Sequence record: NC_048170.1
Direction: 5' to 3' (one strand)
Length of the DNA stretch: 64,000 bases
The notes under the pieces were generated by a model. It was given only the letters and a program-made list of their open reading frames with translations. It did not search any database and had not been told where the DNA came from. The position numbers and the translations under genes are program-made. Below are positions 9,653 through 18,952 of this stretch, piece by piece. The first letter of the stretch is position 1; every line of letters begins with the position of its first letter.

Positions 9653-10186
9653 CTACTTAACGATCACGATGATTTTTCCGCCCGCACCAGCGTAATATGC
9701 CGTTAAATTACCAGTAAACAACTCTTGTAAAAGACGATTTACGTGACTAACAAAGTTAGGATTGTCTGATTTTACAAACTCGATATTGCGCGTTTGTTTT
9801 ATATCACGATCGATTAAGCGTATTTCCAACAACGCACAAATAAGGCGATCGTCAAGTTTACCACTTGCATCCAGCACTTCTCCATACTTCGTAGCACGGA
9901 CGTCTGCATACATACGGTCAACATCATCCTTCCCAAAACCACAGGAATAGGCGTACGTTGCGATGGTATTACCATTGTCCATCACATAAACGTTACCGCC
10001 TGGGTAATCGATGAATCGTTGATCCTTATCACCATGAGCGACGAACTCCAGTGTCGGTCTACCTAGTGAATCGCGATTGAATTCGATTGTGGTCAAACGG
10101 TCAGGCACCACATGCAATGTAAACGGTTTCGCATTGTTACGATCGCTAGTATCGCAGTTAGCCATTACTTTTACAATAACACTCAT
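9653..10186 (-). CDS. hypothetical protein (module A plus a divergent C-half)
   Basis: Shares NNAKP, F.RD..G.P, P.GN.Y and TIA.Y.YS with 9018-9566. Confidence 0.75.
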   Translation of the reverse strand: MSVIVKVMANCDTSDRNNAKPFTLHVVPDRLTTIEFNRDSLGRPTLEFVAHGDKDQRFIDYPGGNVYVMDNGNTIATYAYSCGFGKDDVDRMYADVRATKYGEVLDASGKLDDRLICALLEIRLIDRDIKQTRNIEFVKSDNPNFVSHVNRLLQELFTGNLTAYYAGAGGKIIVIVK

Positions 10187-10262
10187 GTTTATTCCTTAGT
10201 AGTCCTAGTAGTAGTAGTATTGAGGAATTTCACCTCATTAGATAATCAACTTTGGTAATGTT

Positions 10263-10562
10263 TTACTGAAACAAGACATTAAATTCGACGAGATACCCAT
10301 CGGATCTATCACCACGATATCTGTTGCAGAAAACACCGAATTTCATCAAGAACGCACATAACTCTTCGGCTTTGTATAGCGGAATACGATTTTCGTCGAG
10401 CAGAGGGCACTTATGGCTAACCCGCTCCGACGAATCAACGCAACACAAATAAAGAAGGAACCGAACGATAGCCCGGTTCTTAGTGAAGCTCTCGAATTCA
10501 CCTGCAGTTCTGAACTCATCGAGGAGCTTTGTCGTTTTCTTCAATCGTTCACGATCAAGCAT
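10263..10562 (-). CDS. hypothetical protein (module B only)
   Basis: Start moved to MLDRER (GAGG RBS) because the track start lies inside a terminator. Confidence 0.7.
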   Translation of the reverse strand: MLDRERLKKTTKLLDEFRTAGEFESFTKNRAIVRFLLYLCCVDSSERVSHKCPLLDENRIPLYKAEELCAFLMKFGVFCNRYRGDRSDGYLVEFNVLFQ

Positions 10563-10578
10563 GTTAACCTCAACACGA

Positions 10579-10615
10579 ACATAACCCTCCTCCAACCCGT
10601 AAGGGAAGGAGGAGG
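10579..10615 (-). terminator. intrinsic terminator
   Basis: CCTCCTCC-aacccgtaaggg-aaGGAGGAGG hairpin; the 18-nt core at 10592-10609 is identical to 50274-50291. Confidence 0.6.
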
Positions 10616-10626
10616 TGATTATGCTG

Positions 10627-10941
10627 TTATTCTGTTTTAGGTGATGAGCCGTTCTTCTTGAAGTCGGATTCGTATTTCACGTTAGAATCGAGAACCTCAC
10701 GAACGGTTTTATCCGTACAGCCACGAGCGATGTATGCATTAAGATCATCACGTAATTTACGCATCGTTGTTTTATCCGCATCAGAAATATCTGACTTGGT
10801 AAGACGGAATGCGATTGCATCACGAATTTTATTCAACGTTGCTGGGTTATTACGCTGCTCTACAAATACCGCTTTGATGAATGTACCGCTATCTTTCGAA
10901 GCGATGGCTGCATCAAGAATCTCAATATGCTTTTCAGACAT
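10627..10941 (-). CDS. hypothetical protein
   Basis: 104-aa ORF with AAGGA RBS. Confidence 0.7.
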   Translation of the reverse strand: MSEKHIEILDAAIASKDSGTFIKAVFVEQRNNPATLNKIRDAIAFRLTKSDISDADKTTMRKLRDDLNAYIARGCTDKTVREVLDSNVKYESDFKKNGSSPKTE

Positions 10942-10992
10942 CTTCTTTCCTTTAATAAACGATCATCGTCATATTCATTGCGCAGGACGCTA

Positions 10993-12222
10993 TCACTTCG
11001 GAAGCTTAGAGGCCGCCATGCTTCGCGCCTTCGCAACGTCATACGCATCCATGATTGCATCACCGATAGCGGTATGACGGATCAACGGAATACCCATATC
11101 TGGATACTCTTTGGTACCTAAGATGGATACCGGTTTGTCTTGATATGCGGCAATCATCGAACGGATATCCTGAACCTGGTTATAACGACAAACTGGCTTA
11201 AAGCCTGCTTTACGGAACCAATGCTCTAATTGAGGCCAATCTGTTTCACCGCGAGCAAGATAATAGAAGGTATCCTTACCGTAGTAATCAGTAAACACTT
11301 CACGAATTGTGTTAATAAACTCGTTTACTTCGGCGATGGCTTCTTTATAATCCATCACTTTACTATGTTGAAAACAATAGTCACGCGCTTCCTTCGGTGC
11401 TTTGGTTTGCCACCATTCTACCGTTGATTCACTGATACGACCACCGTCGGCGATTTGACCGTGAACGTCAGGGAAGATATCTATACGTGGACCGTTAGCG
11501 ATGGATTCCGGATTAGCTAGATCAAAGAACACAATACCGATTTCCAGCAGTACCCCGTTCTTTTCCAGACTGAGATTCTCAACATCCAGACAAAAAGCGG
11601 GTTTCTCTACCGTTGAAAGATCAAAACGTCCCTCATATCGTGGTGCTGGCTCGGCACCAAGGAACGTCTCTCGGATGAACTGGGAGAATGTTATATTCTC
11701 TGCTACTAAATCAATACCCAATTTACTTAACAAAGGTATAAGTTCACGATCGTTCTGCTGAATTAGCAACATTACTTGGTCGTTGACACAACAACTAATT
11801 GAGTAAAAGAGATGAACGATATCTAACGGTTTGTACGGAGCCTCAAAAATATGTGTCTGGAACGATTGGGCTAGCGCCTTATGCGTTTCTTCACGATGAT
11901 TCATCAGTTGGAAAATAGCACAGCGCAGATAATGTCGAAGTGTTATCTCGTGAAGATGCGACGTATCTTCTTGAAATAACGTCATGAAACCGTGATACGT
12001 ATAATACTCTCCTCTTTTAATTTCTTCGTGGAGTTCTTTGTTCCCCTTTATTTCTTCTGGCGTTATCGGGTCGATCTGATCACGGATAATGTTGAGTAGA
12101 TCATCGCCGTGTACCTTAAACAGTTTTTCAACGTCAAGATTAGGTAATGTCGCAATCGCCGCGTACATTAATGTTTCTGCGGGATTAAGTTCTTTATTGT
12201 CGATTGTGGTGGTTAAAGCCAT
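10993..12222 (-). CDS. DEDDh 3'-5' exonuclease (Rv2179c/DUF5051-like) with a long N-terminal extension
   Basis: C-terminal FCLDVENL (D-x-E), LLEIGIVFFD, ARGETDWPQL, YNQVQDIRS and HTAIGDA motifs; start set at MALTTT (GAGG RBS). Confidence 0.8.
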   Translation of the reverse strand: MALTTTIDNKELNPAETLMYAAIATLPNLDVEKLFKVHGDDLLNIIRDQIDPITPEEIKGNKELHEEIKRGEYYTYHGFMTLFQEDTSHLHEITLRHYLRCAIFQLMNHREETHKALAQSFQTHIFEAPYKPLDIVHLFYSISCCVNDQVMLLIQQNDRELIPLLSKLGIDLVAENITFSQFIRETFLGAEPAPRYEGRFDLSTVEKPAFCLDVENLSLEKNGVLLEIGIVFFDLANPESIANGPRIDIFPDVHGQIADGGRISESTVEWWQTKAPKEARDYCFQHSKVMDYKEAIAEVNEFINTIREVFTDYYGKDTFYYLARGETDWPQLEHWFRKAGFKPVCRYNQVQDIRSMIAAYQDKPVSILGTKEYPDMGIPLIRHTAIGDAIMDAYDVAKARSMAASKLPK

Positions 12223-12266
12223 TTTATTATACCTCATCGAAATCAAATTAGTTCAGTTCTGGTTTA

Positions 12267-12602
12267 TCATTCCGGTCTATCAGCAGTCAGACCAAGTCCA
12301 GTCAACATCACGTAGTCGTACCAAGCTTTTACTTTTGCTTTCGCCTCATCTAAACTGAATGCGTTGATGTGTGGAAACTCATCGTTGACTGGGAAAGGTA
12401 AATCGCAGTCGTAGCTTGTATAATCCTTCCAACCTTTCCACTCGATAGTTAGAGAACCAAAAACGGTCTCAGCGACAACATGGTTATAGCGACATTCTTC
12501 ACATGGCGAGCGCTCTTCCGACCAAACAAGCTCATGCTGCGCTAAAAGTTGTTGTATGACCGATAACGGTTGCTCTTCATTAAGTTCGATGCTGTCTATC
12601 AT
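12267..12602 (-). CDS. hypothetical protein (CxxC-containing)
   Basis: ORF; ATGA-type coupling to the upstream gene. Confidence 0.65.
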   Translation of the reverse strand: MIDSIELNEEQPLSVIQQLLAQHELVWSEERSPCEECRYNHVVAETVFGSLTIEWKGWKDYTSYDCDLPFPVNDEFPHINAFSLDEAKAKVKAWYDYVMLTGLGLTADRPE

Positions 12603-13195
12603 CGCATACCCTCCTTTTCCTTATCGTAATCGCTGCAAATATTGACAAACGCAGTATTATCAGACAGCGTGGCGACCATCTGACGGATTGCGTCCAACGG
12701 TTCAAGTTTAGGATTGATTGATTCACCGGTCAACGCACTTATTGCTCGTGTGATCTCAACCAAATCGACGTTCGGGTCTTTGTCATCAATAATGAGTAAA
12801 CTCTTCGCCGGTTTCTGACGACGTTTGATAATTAACAGATACGTGATGAGATTCTCACGCCAAGCGTCAGAATCCAGATTGCGTATTACGGTTAACGCAC
12901 GACGTTCTTCCGCCCACGATGGTTTCTCACGGATAACAGGCATGTAAGATAACTGCTCAGCAAGCCCTTTCAAACTGACACGGTTGGTGCCACCGGGATG
13001 CTCACTAATCCGCAACATCTCGGCTAACAGACGGACATAGGCGGCTGTTGTCGAAACACCCCGCAGCGGCAGGAACACATTATGTCCTGGAACCCCATCG
13101 TGACTCAGCGGTGCGATATACGCCATGAATCGCCGAATATCATCATCGGTCTGTTCTCCAGCAACGAACTTAAACGCTTCACGTAAAACGCTCAC
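12599..13195 (-). CDS. hypothetical protein
   Basis: 198-aa ORF with GGAG RBS. Confidence 0.7.
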   Translation of the reverse strand: MSVLREAFKFVAGEQTDDDIRRFMAYIAPLSHDGVPGHNVFLPLRGVSTTAAYVRLLAEMLRISEHPGGTNRVSLKGLAEQLSYMPVIREKPSWAEERRALTVIRNLDSDAWRENLITYLLIIKRRQKPAKSLLIIDDKDPNVDLVEITRAISALTGESINPKLEPLDAIRQMVATLSDNTAFVNICSDYDKEKEGMR

Positions 13196-13481
13196 TATGA
13201 AGTCTCCTTAATGTTTCTTGCATACGTAGTCTCTTCGGCAGAAATAGACGTTTGTATAGATCAATTAACAGATAACGCATAACAGAAGCGACCACCAGGT
13301 ATTCACCTTCAGCTTCCGAATAACGTATCATGTTAATTGGGTAATTCAAATAAGAATAAGAAAAGAGATCATCGTTGGTAAGGTGATGATCTTCAAGATA
13401 CTGACGAAACAATTTTGCTAAGGCATCGTACTCCATTCCGTAGTAACACAACGACACCTGTCTTGCAGATAGTCGTTTCAT
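13179..13481 (-). CDS. hypothetical protein
   Basis: ORF in operon. Confidence 0.6.
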   Translation of the reverse strand: MKRLSARQVSLCYYGMEYDALAKLFRQYLEDHHLTNDDLFSYSYLNYPINMIRYSEAEGEYLVVASVMRYLLIDLYKRLFLPKRLRMQETLRRLHSERFT

Positions 13482-14320
13482 GCTGGGTTACCTTTTAGTT
13501 TTCCACGTATCATGTCGACAACGCGTGAGGGATCAGAAATAACACTGGCGATAAGATGATCGATAGGTAGGTCGAGAATGATATTCTTCAGCTGGAAAGC
13601 CGTATCTTTACGGCGCACGCCGTAGAACACGCCATCTTTAAACACAACCTCGTACGAAATGGGGAGCTGGCTAATAACCGTGTTAGCGTAATCACCCAAC
13701 CACATCGACCCCGCCATCAGATGCGCACAAACCGCATGACTAATACGCACATCTTTGTTCTTCCGGCTAACGTCTTTGGTTTTCGACATGGTAACCAGAA
13801 GCTCACCGATCTTACTCAGCATATCGTCGTATACCCCAAAGAACTTAATCAGTTGTCGGGCACCTAACGATATATATGTTTCTCGTGGTAAGACACAACA
13901 CACCTGCGGTAACGTTCCAACCCCATAGACACAACTGTGTGGTGATAATGGAAGCAAATCAGCAACCGCGTTCTTGATGTTGTTATACTCAACGATATCG
14001 TTGAACGGCGAAAGACCTTTCGTAATCGGTTTATCAATCGCCACATCGAACTCCGCGAACGTCCATGCTGCTTTACGTGGTTCCCCTTTCTGGTACGGTG
14101 GAGCCAGCACCGCGACAACACGAAGTCGATGTTCATGGGTATCACGTAGCTTAAGTTGGATACCCTCACCGTCACCCACACGCACAAGTGAGTAGCGGCT
14201 TGCGCAGTCATCACATACCACCGTTGGTTCGTGTTGACCGTATGCTGCAAGCATCGGTTTACTAAGATCTTTATCGCAGTGTTTACAGCGATGATCCTGT
14301 TCCTGATAACTGATTTTCAC
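13478..14320 (-). CDS. Zn-ribbon-containing hypothetical protein
   Basis: N-terminal CKHC...CDDC. Confidence 0.7.
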   Translation of the reverse strand: MKISYQEQDHRCKHCDKDLSKPMLAAYGQHEPTVVCDDCASRYSLVRVGDGEGIQLKLRDTHEHRLRVVAVLAPPYQKGEPRKAAWTFAEFDVAIDKPITKGLSPFNDIVEYNNIKNAVADLLPLSPHSCVYGVGTLPQVCCVLPRETYISLGARQLIKFFGVYDDMLSKIGELLVTMSKTKDVSRKNKDVRISHAVCAHLMAGSMWLGDYANTVISQLPISYEVVFKDGVFYGVRRKDTAFQLKNIILDLPIDHLIASVISDPSRVVDMIRGKLKGNPA

Positions 14321-14335
14321 ACCGAGACCCCTTTG

Positions 14336-15292
14336 TTAATGCAAGACACGATCTGCTGGAATTATCGAGGCATTGCTGTCGGACAGATTCGTCGCTTTAC
14401 GATCAGGACTGAATCGACGAGCGTTCTCTTCATGGTAGTTGACGGGGTTATCCTGTTTTAACAGTTCCATTGCCTCATCAAACGTTAGTTCCCGAAATCC
14501 TCTTGGATAGAGGAACAGGGGTTCATCAACATCCAACCCTTTAACAAACCCGTGCGACAACCAGACGCTACCATCAGCACTGTAAAGAACCGGCTCAACG
14601 TCATAATCCAAGACGTATTGATACCAATAATTAAACAGTTGGGCAATCCACCGATTACGTAATAAGTAATCGATCATAACCGCACTACGCACGCTGTGGC
14701 ACCAGCCGATCTTGCCATCAACTTTCTGCAACAACGTACCCTCATTTGCTTGATGAATAACCGCATTAAATAACCACGCGAGATCGGTTGCGAAAAGTGC
14801 GGCTTCTTGAATATCGCTAATGTAACGCACGGGTATCGTCAAATGTGTACGGTAATGCGACATCGCCTCTTCGTAGTTGTCTCCTTCGATGCAGAGAGTC
14901 CCGTTTGGTGACAGATGCCCCTGATTCAACGACTGACCAATATAAAGATCAGCGATCGCGTTAATATATTCGACGGTGCCCAAGGTTAACTCAGACATAA
15001 AACAATCGACATCAACAGCCATCGATGTACTGGAAACAAACGGATTGGTTGGGTGAGTTGTATTAGAGAAAATAATCGACCAAACCGCTTCATGTTTTTC
15101 ATCCGACGGCAAAAACGAAATATGGCGTTCTGCGCTATTATCGACAACAAATACCTTTACGGTTTTCAAACAGCTAGTACAAACATAGCACGTGTTCGGC
15201 AACGGCATATCCGAAAACATATCGTAACGAATCGATGCCAGCGAAATGTCATATCCGCAATGAGGGCATGTCGTATCAATAAGCGTTTTCAT
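14336..15292 (-). CDS. Zn-ribbon-containing hypothetical protein
   Basis: N-terminal CPHC...CTSC. Confidence 0.7.
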   Translation of the reverse strand: MKTLIDTTCPHCGYDISLASIRYDMFSDMPLPNTCYVCTSCLKTVKVFVVDNSAERHISFLPSDEKHEAVWSIIFSNTTHPTNPFVSSTSMAVDVDCFMSELTLGTVEYINAIADLYIGQSLNQGHLSPNGTLCIEGDNYEEAMSHYRTHLTIPVRYISDIQEAALFATDLAWLFNAVIHQANEGTLLQKVDGKIGWCHSVRSAVMIDYLLRNRWIAQLFNYWYQYVLDYDVEPVLYSADGSVWLSHGFVKGLDVDEPLFLYPRGFRELTFDEAMELLKQDNPVNYHEENARRFSPDRKATNLSDSNASIIPADRVLH

Positions 15293-15522
15293 TATTGAAT
15301 TCCTTTTGATAAGAATAACTGAATATCGGTAAACTGTTCTTCAGGAACATCGTCAGCGGCCGTTAGAACCTTAGGACCGTGTTCATTGAGGTAAGCTTCC
15401 CGTAGACAATGGTGACGTCGATTGGCCTCCTGGAACTCAGTGTCCGTCATGTAAACCAGCGTAAACTTCGAACGTTTATTCGGATTATATCTCTTATTAC
15501 GTTTCTTTGGTTTCTTCGCCAT
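15292..15522 (-). CDS. small protein with basic N-terminus
   Basis: MAKKPKKRNKRYNPNKR; GAGG RBS; TAATG coupling to the next gene. Confidence 0.6.
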   Translation of the reverse strand: MAKKPKKRNKRYNPNKRSKFTLVYMTDTEFQEANRRHHCLREAYLNEHGPKVLTAADDVPEEQFTDIQLFLSKGIQ

Positions 15523-15570
15523 AATAGCCTCGTGAAGGTGGATGGATACACCCATCCACCTTCCTCCATG

Positions 15571-16092
15571 TTAAAGTGCGTTCAATTCTTCAGGTGTACG
15601 TACAGTACGCGTGTTGGGATCAACCATTGCTGGCACGCCCGCTGGGCATTTACGGACATCGATTCGCATCTCTGGTTCGATCGGACGAACGCGATAAGTT
15701 TTACCGTCGTCGGTTAACACCGAAATGGTCAACGCCTGATTCAATTCACTAACGAAGTTCACCAAACGCTGTTGTCCACCCTTCGACCAGAAGTTAAGAT
15801 CGGTTTCTCCATTGAAATAACTGATTCCATCAGCGGTTCCAATCGTGATTTTAACGATACCCGGATAGTCACGAAGAAGAGGTGCCTGATAACCTTCATC
15901 TTCCGTATCCAGTTTTACCCACGCGCCTCCCGTAGACAAACAGTTAACTTCCAGGGCGGTTGGTGCGCTGACTTCCGCCGATGACCAGGTATACATCGTG
16001 CCCAGTTTAGCGTGTCCGGTTTCCAGTTCGCTATAATCCCAAGCATGTGCTGATGCCGTAATAAATAAAGCCGCAAGAAACAACTTTTTCAT
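15571..16092 (-). CDS. exported or periplasmic protein
   Basis: Sec-type signal peptide MKKLFLAALFITASAHA|W (A-x-A cleavage site). Confidence 0.7.
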   Translation of the reverse strand: MKKLFLAALFITASAHAWDYSELETGHAKLGTMYTWSSAEVSAPTALEVNCLSTGGAWVKLDTEDEGYQAPLLRDYPGIVKITIGTADGISYFNGETDLNFWSKGGQQRLVNFVSELNQALTISVLTDDGKTYRVRPIEPEMRIDVRKCPAGVPAMVDPNTRTVRTPEELNAL

Positions 16093-16147
16093 TCTTTTCG
16101 ATTCCTATTAAAAGTGACCGATTTCTGTGGTCGAGATTGCTAATAAA

Positions 16148-16609
16148 TTAATTCCGGTTTTGTTTCCGTATTGCACGGTTACGTTTACGTTCTTGGTCTT
16201 TGATGGCACCAAGAAACTTCTTTAATTCTGACGGTTCGAGCGTACCCTCACGTACCACACCGTTTTGTTCGATATGGTACGACCAATAACCAACTTCAGC
16301 CGTTAAGGATAACGTTGTCGGCTGCTCATCGGGTAACGATCTGGGTGAGAAAATAAAGAGTAATTCAAAAGGCGTTTCTCGGCTGATGGTGGGACGGATA
16401 CTAACGTCAAGCCCCTCCCATCGCTGAGGTTTAAATATTCCTCCAGCCGCGACGATTGTCTCCGAGCGTTGTTCTACAAGCTCGGCTAATTCACGATCGT
16501 CATTGAAATAAATATCGTGAAGGATATCCGTATCGATAAAAAACCCGCGATCCGAATCGTGACGAACAATGGAATTCTTCATTCTAACGCCTTTGTTGTT
16601 TGTTTTCAT
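16148..16609 (-). CDS. hypothetical protein
   Basis: 153-aa ORF. Confidence 0.65.
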   Translation of the reverse strand: MKTNNKGVRMKNSIVRHDSDRGFFIDTDILHDIYFNDDRELAELVEQRSETIVAAGGIFKPQRWEGLDVSIRPTISRETPFELLFIFSPRSLPDEQPTTLSLTAEVGYWSYHIEQNGVVREGTLEPSELKKFLGAIKDQERKRNRAIRKQNRN

Positions 16610-16656
16610 GTCCTATACGAACATGAAAAACCGTTAATTTTTACCATAGTCGTGTG

Positions 16657-16932
16657 TTAAAAATCCACACCGCGACCCGTCATCGACGAAGGAACCGCGC
16701 GATAATAGAAGTAGATGTAATGGTCACGATGGCTAAAATAGTTTTTGCAAGCATAGAACTCTCCAGATCCAATGAATGATTTAATACGTGTAACTTGAGG
16801 GTGTCGTGCGATTAACGCCCGTATAACGATTTCCATTTGGTGTGCGCTCAAGCCTGGTCGAGCGGCAACATGATAATGAAGCTCCCTAAGAAATTGTTTC
16901 CATGGGTCGGGGTGTGTCGATGATCGAGACAT
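16657..16932 (-). CDS. hypothetical protein
   Basis: 91-aa ORF with AAGGAG RBS. Confidence 0.65.
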   Translation of the reverse strand: MSRSSTHPDPWKQFLRELHYHVAARPGLSAHQMEIVIRALIARHPQVTRIKSFIGSGEFYACKNYFSHRDHYIYFYYRAVPSSMTGRGVDF

Positions 16933-16963
16933 CTTTATCTCCTTAACAGGTGCTGGTAACGCA

Positions 16964-16988
16964 GCATAAACCCTCCCCGAAGGGAGGG
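16964..16988 (-). terminator. intrinsic terminator ending the HD/phosphoesterase operon
   Basis: CCCTCCC-cgaa-GGGAGGG, then TTTATGC. Confidence 0.75.
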
Positions 16989-16998
16989 CGGTTGGCGA

Positions 16999-17556
16999 TT
17001 ACTCCATCCATACTTCTTCGTCGTAATGATTCTCTATCGCATTACGCCAAAAACGCACGGTGTCCAAACTAATCGGTGCGTAAAAATGTTGGTCAACGCC
17101 AACGTTAAGTCCGTTGGCCTTCGCTAACATACAGCGATGAATATGCCCGAATAGATTAAAGTAACCTGGGTTTCTTTCGCTGGGCTTATGGCATAGCCAG
17201 TAGGATTCGTCATTGCTAATCGGCAACACCAACGGGTGTTCATAAACAGCAGCAAACCCCATACCGAGCAGTTTATCACGCCACGCTTCGAAGCTTAATC
17301 CTGTCGCTTTGTATGCGTCTTCGTCCCAATTCCCCATTACCAATTGAACCTGGATATCAGAACGAATGGCTTCCACGAACTCAAACTTACCCCAATCACC
17401 TAAATGCCATAACACACTGTTCTTTGGAAGCTTGTTGATGGCTTTCAGCATATGCTGGTTCATATCGGCGACGCTTGCGAACGGACGGCGTGAATACGTC
17501 CATGTACGCTCGCTATCAAAATGGGTATCCGACATAAAGAAGATGGGTGGGGTCAT
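16999..17556 (-). CDS. calcineurin-like metallophosphoesterase
   Basis: SDTHF, HLGDW, MGNWD (variant of GNHD), LCHKP and FGHIH motifs. Confidence 0.85.
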   Translation of the reverse strand: MTPPIFFMSDTHFDSERTWTYSRRPFASVADMNQHMLKAINKLPKNSVLWHLGDWGKFEFVEAIRSDIQVQLVMGNWDEDAYKATGLSFEAWRDKLLGMGFAAVYEHPLVLPISNDESYWLCHKPSERNPGYFNLFGHIHRCMLAKANGLNVGVDQHFYAPISLDTVRFWRNAIENHYDEEVWME

Positions 17557-18035
17557 TGATCTAATTGCTCCAGAAATGCACGACCCGATTTACTTGCTTT
17601 TAAATGCTGTTCTGCGGAAGTAAGCAGAAGATCGGTTGGCGTGTATGCAGCGCTACCTTTCCACTCTGTTTTCAGTTTACCCTCTTCGATACTGAACTGA
17701 ATCAGTTGTTGGGTGCCGAAGTTAAGCGTGTTCGTCGCAGCGCTAAATACACCACCCATCATGCTGTAACCAAAGACTTTCACGTCTTCCGTGTAGAAGT
17801 CATTGTCGATCAATTTGTTCTGGAGTTCGAGTTGGTCGGACGGCAGCAATCCCCCATCAAAGACGCTTAAAATACCCGCCAGGCGATACATACTCACCTT
17901 TCCTGAAACGCCCACCACGTAATTGCCGTACAGTGTCTCTTCCAGTTTAGCAACAACGGTGCGATCGTCGGAGGTTTTCATCGAAACCTCAATACCATCA
18001 CCAACTTCTGTTAACGTTAAATCAACGATACTCAT
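17553..18035 (-). CDS. hypothetical protein
   Basis: 160-aa ORF between the two hydrolase genes. Confidence 0.7.
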   Translation of the reverse strand: MSIVDLTLTEVGDGIEVSMKTSDDRTVVAKLEETLYGNYVVGVSGKVSMYRLAGILSVFDGGLLPSDQLELQNKLIDNDFYTEDVKVFGYSMMGGVFSAATNTLNFGTQQLIQFSIEEGKLKTEWKGSAAYTPTDLLLTSAEQHLKASKSGRAFLEQLDQ

Positions 18036-18057
18036 TCATTATTCTCCGCTTTCATGA

Positions 18058-18744
18058 TTAACACATGATTTCACCATGTTTCTTTTCAACATACGTATAA
18101 ACGTCATCCAAATAAGCAATGAGTTTATCACGATCCGCACAGAGCGATTTAATCACCGCAATCTCTTTCATATAAAGCTGCTGACCTAACGCCGGATATG
18201 TAATCCACGCGTAGCCGTCAGGCGCAAATTTAGAAATAAGATAATCAGCGGTTTCCTGTAATGCGAACTCTTTACTCATCTGGCCGTAACGATGTTCGAT
18301 TGCGCGGATACCAAAACGTTCGCTATCGAGACGGCCCATATCTGCCAGACGAAGCACCTGAGAAGCAACCGAACTACGTGGACCAGAGTACGAGGCACGA
18401 TGTTCAGCAATAAGTACGCGTATCTCCTCGATGTCCTCCGGTGTGAAAATATGCTGCTCGTTACGAAGCAGGATAACCGACGCACGAATACCCCCGATAA
18501 GGTGGTGGTATGTTCTGTTTTCGTGGCAAGCGATATCATGCATAAAAGCAGCGGTTAATAGACGACGACGTTCCGTGGGTCTGATGATCCCAACCACATC
18601 AGCAAGTTCATTTGCCAGTTCAACAACAGCAAGCACATGTTCTTCTTGATGTGCAAGATCGTTCTTCCGAATATTTTCAATTACTTCGGTGCGTGTTTCC
18701 GGAGATAAGAAATTTAAACAATCCAACGAATATAAAGATTTCAT
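18058..18744 (-). CDS. HD-domain phosphohydrolase
   Basis: H(V)LAV...AFMHDIA...HH..G...EH...LADM motif spacing. Confidence 0.85.
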   Translation of the reverse strand: MKSLYSLDCLNFLSPETRTEVIENIRKNDLAHQEEHVLAVVELANELADVVGIIRPTERRRLLTAAFMHDIACHENRTYHHLIGGIRASVILLRNEQHIFTPEDIEEIRVLIAEHRASYSGPRSSVASQVLRLADMGRLDSERFGIRAIEHRYGQMSKEFALQETADYLISKFAPDGYAWITYPALGQQLYMKEIAVIKSLCADRDKLIAYLDDVYTYVEKKHGEIMC

Positions 18745-18784
18745 CGCACGTACCTCTTTGAATCTATTAATAAATTTTCTTTAC

Positions 18785-18809
18785 TCACGTAAGTAATATA
18801 GCCGTGAAA
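18785..18809 (-). promoter_or_regulatory. putative early (virion RNAP) promoter
   Basis: TTTCACGGCTATATTACTTACGTGA, identical to 42054-42078; TATATTAC core as described for phiKZ early promoters. Confidence 0.7.
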
Positions 18810-18952
18810 GGATTTGTGTTGGTCCGTCTCGATGCCCATCGTATTTTATGGATTGTCGAATGACGTCATTTTAAGGGACATCCCCGGCCTCCTCCCCAGG
18901 AAAGGTGTGGGGAGGAGTTTTTATCATACATTCTATTAAATCGAGCGCGATT

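Noticed and set aside
10197-10220. TAG-repeat microsatellite
   Set aside because: Short, intergenic and without further structure.
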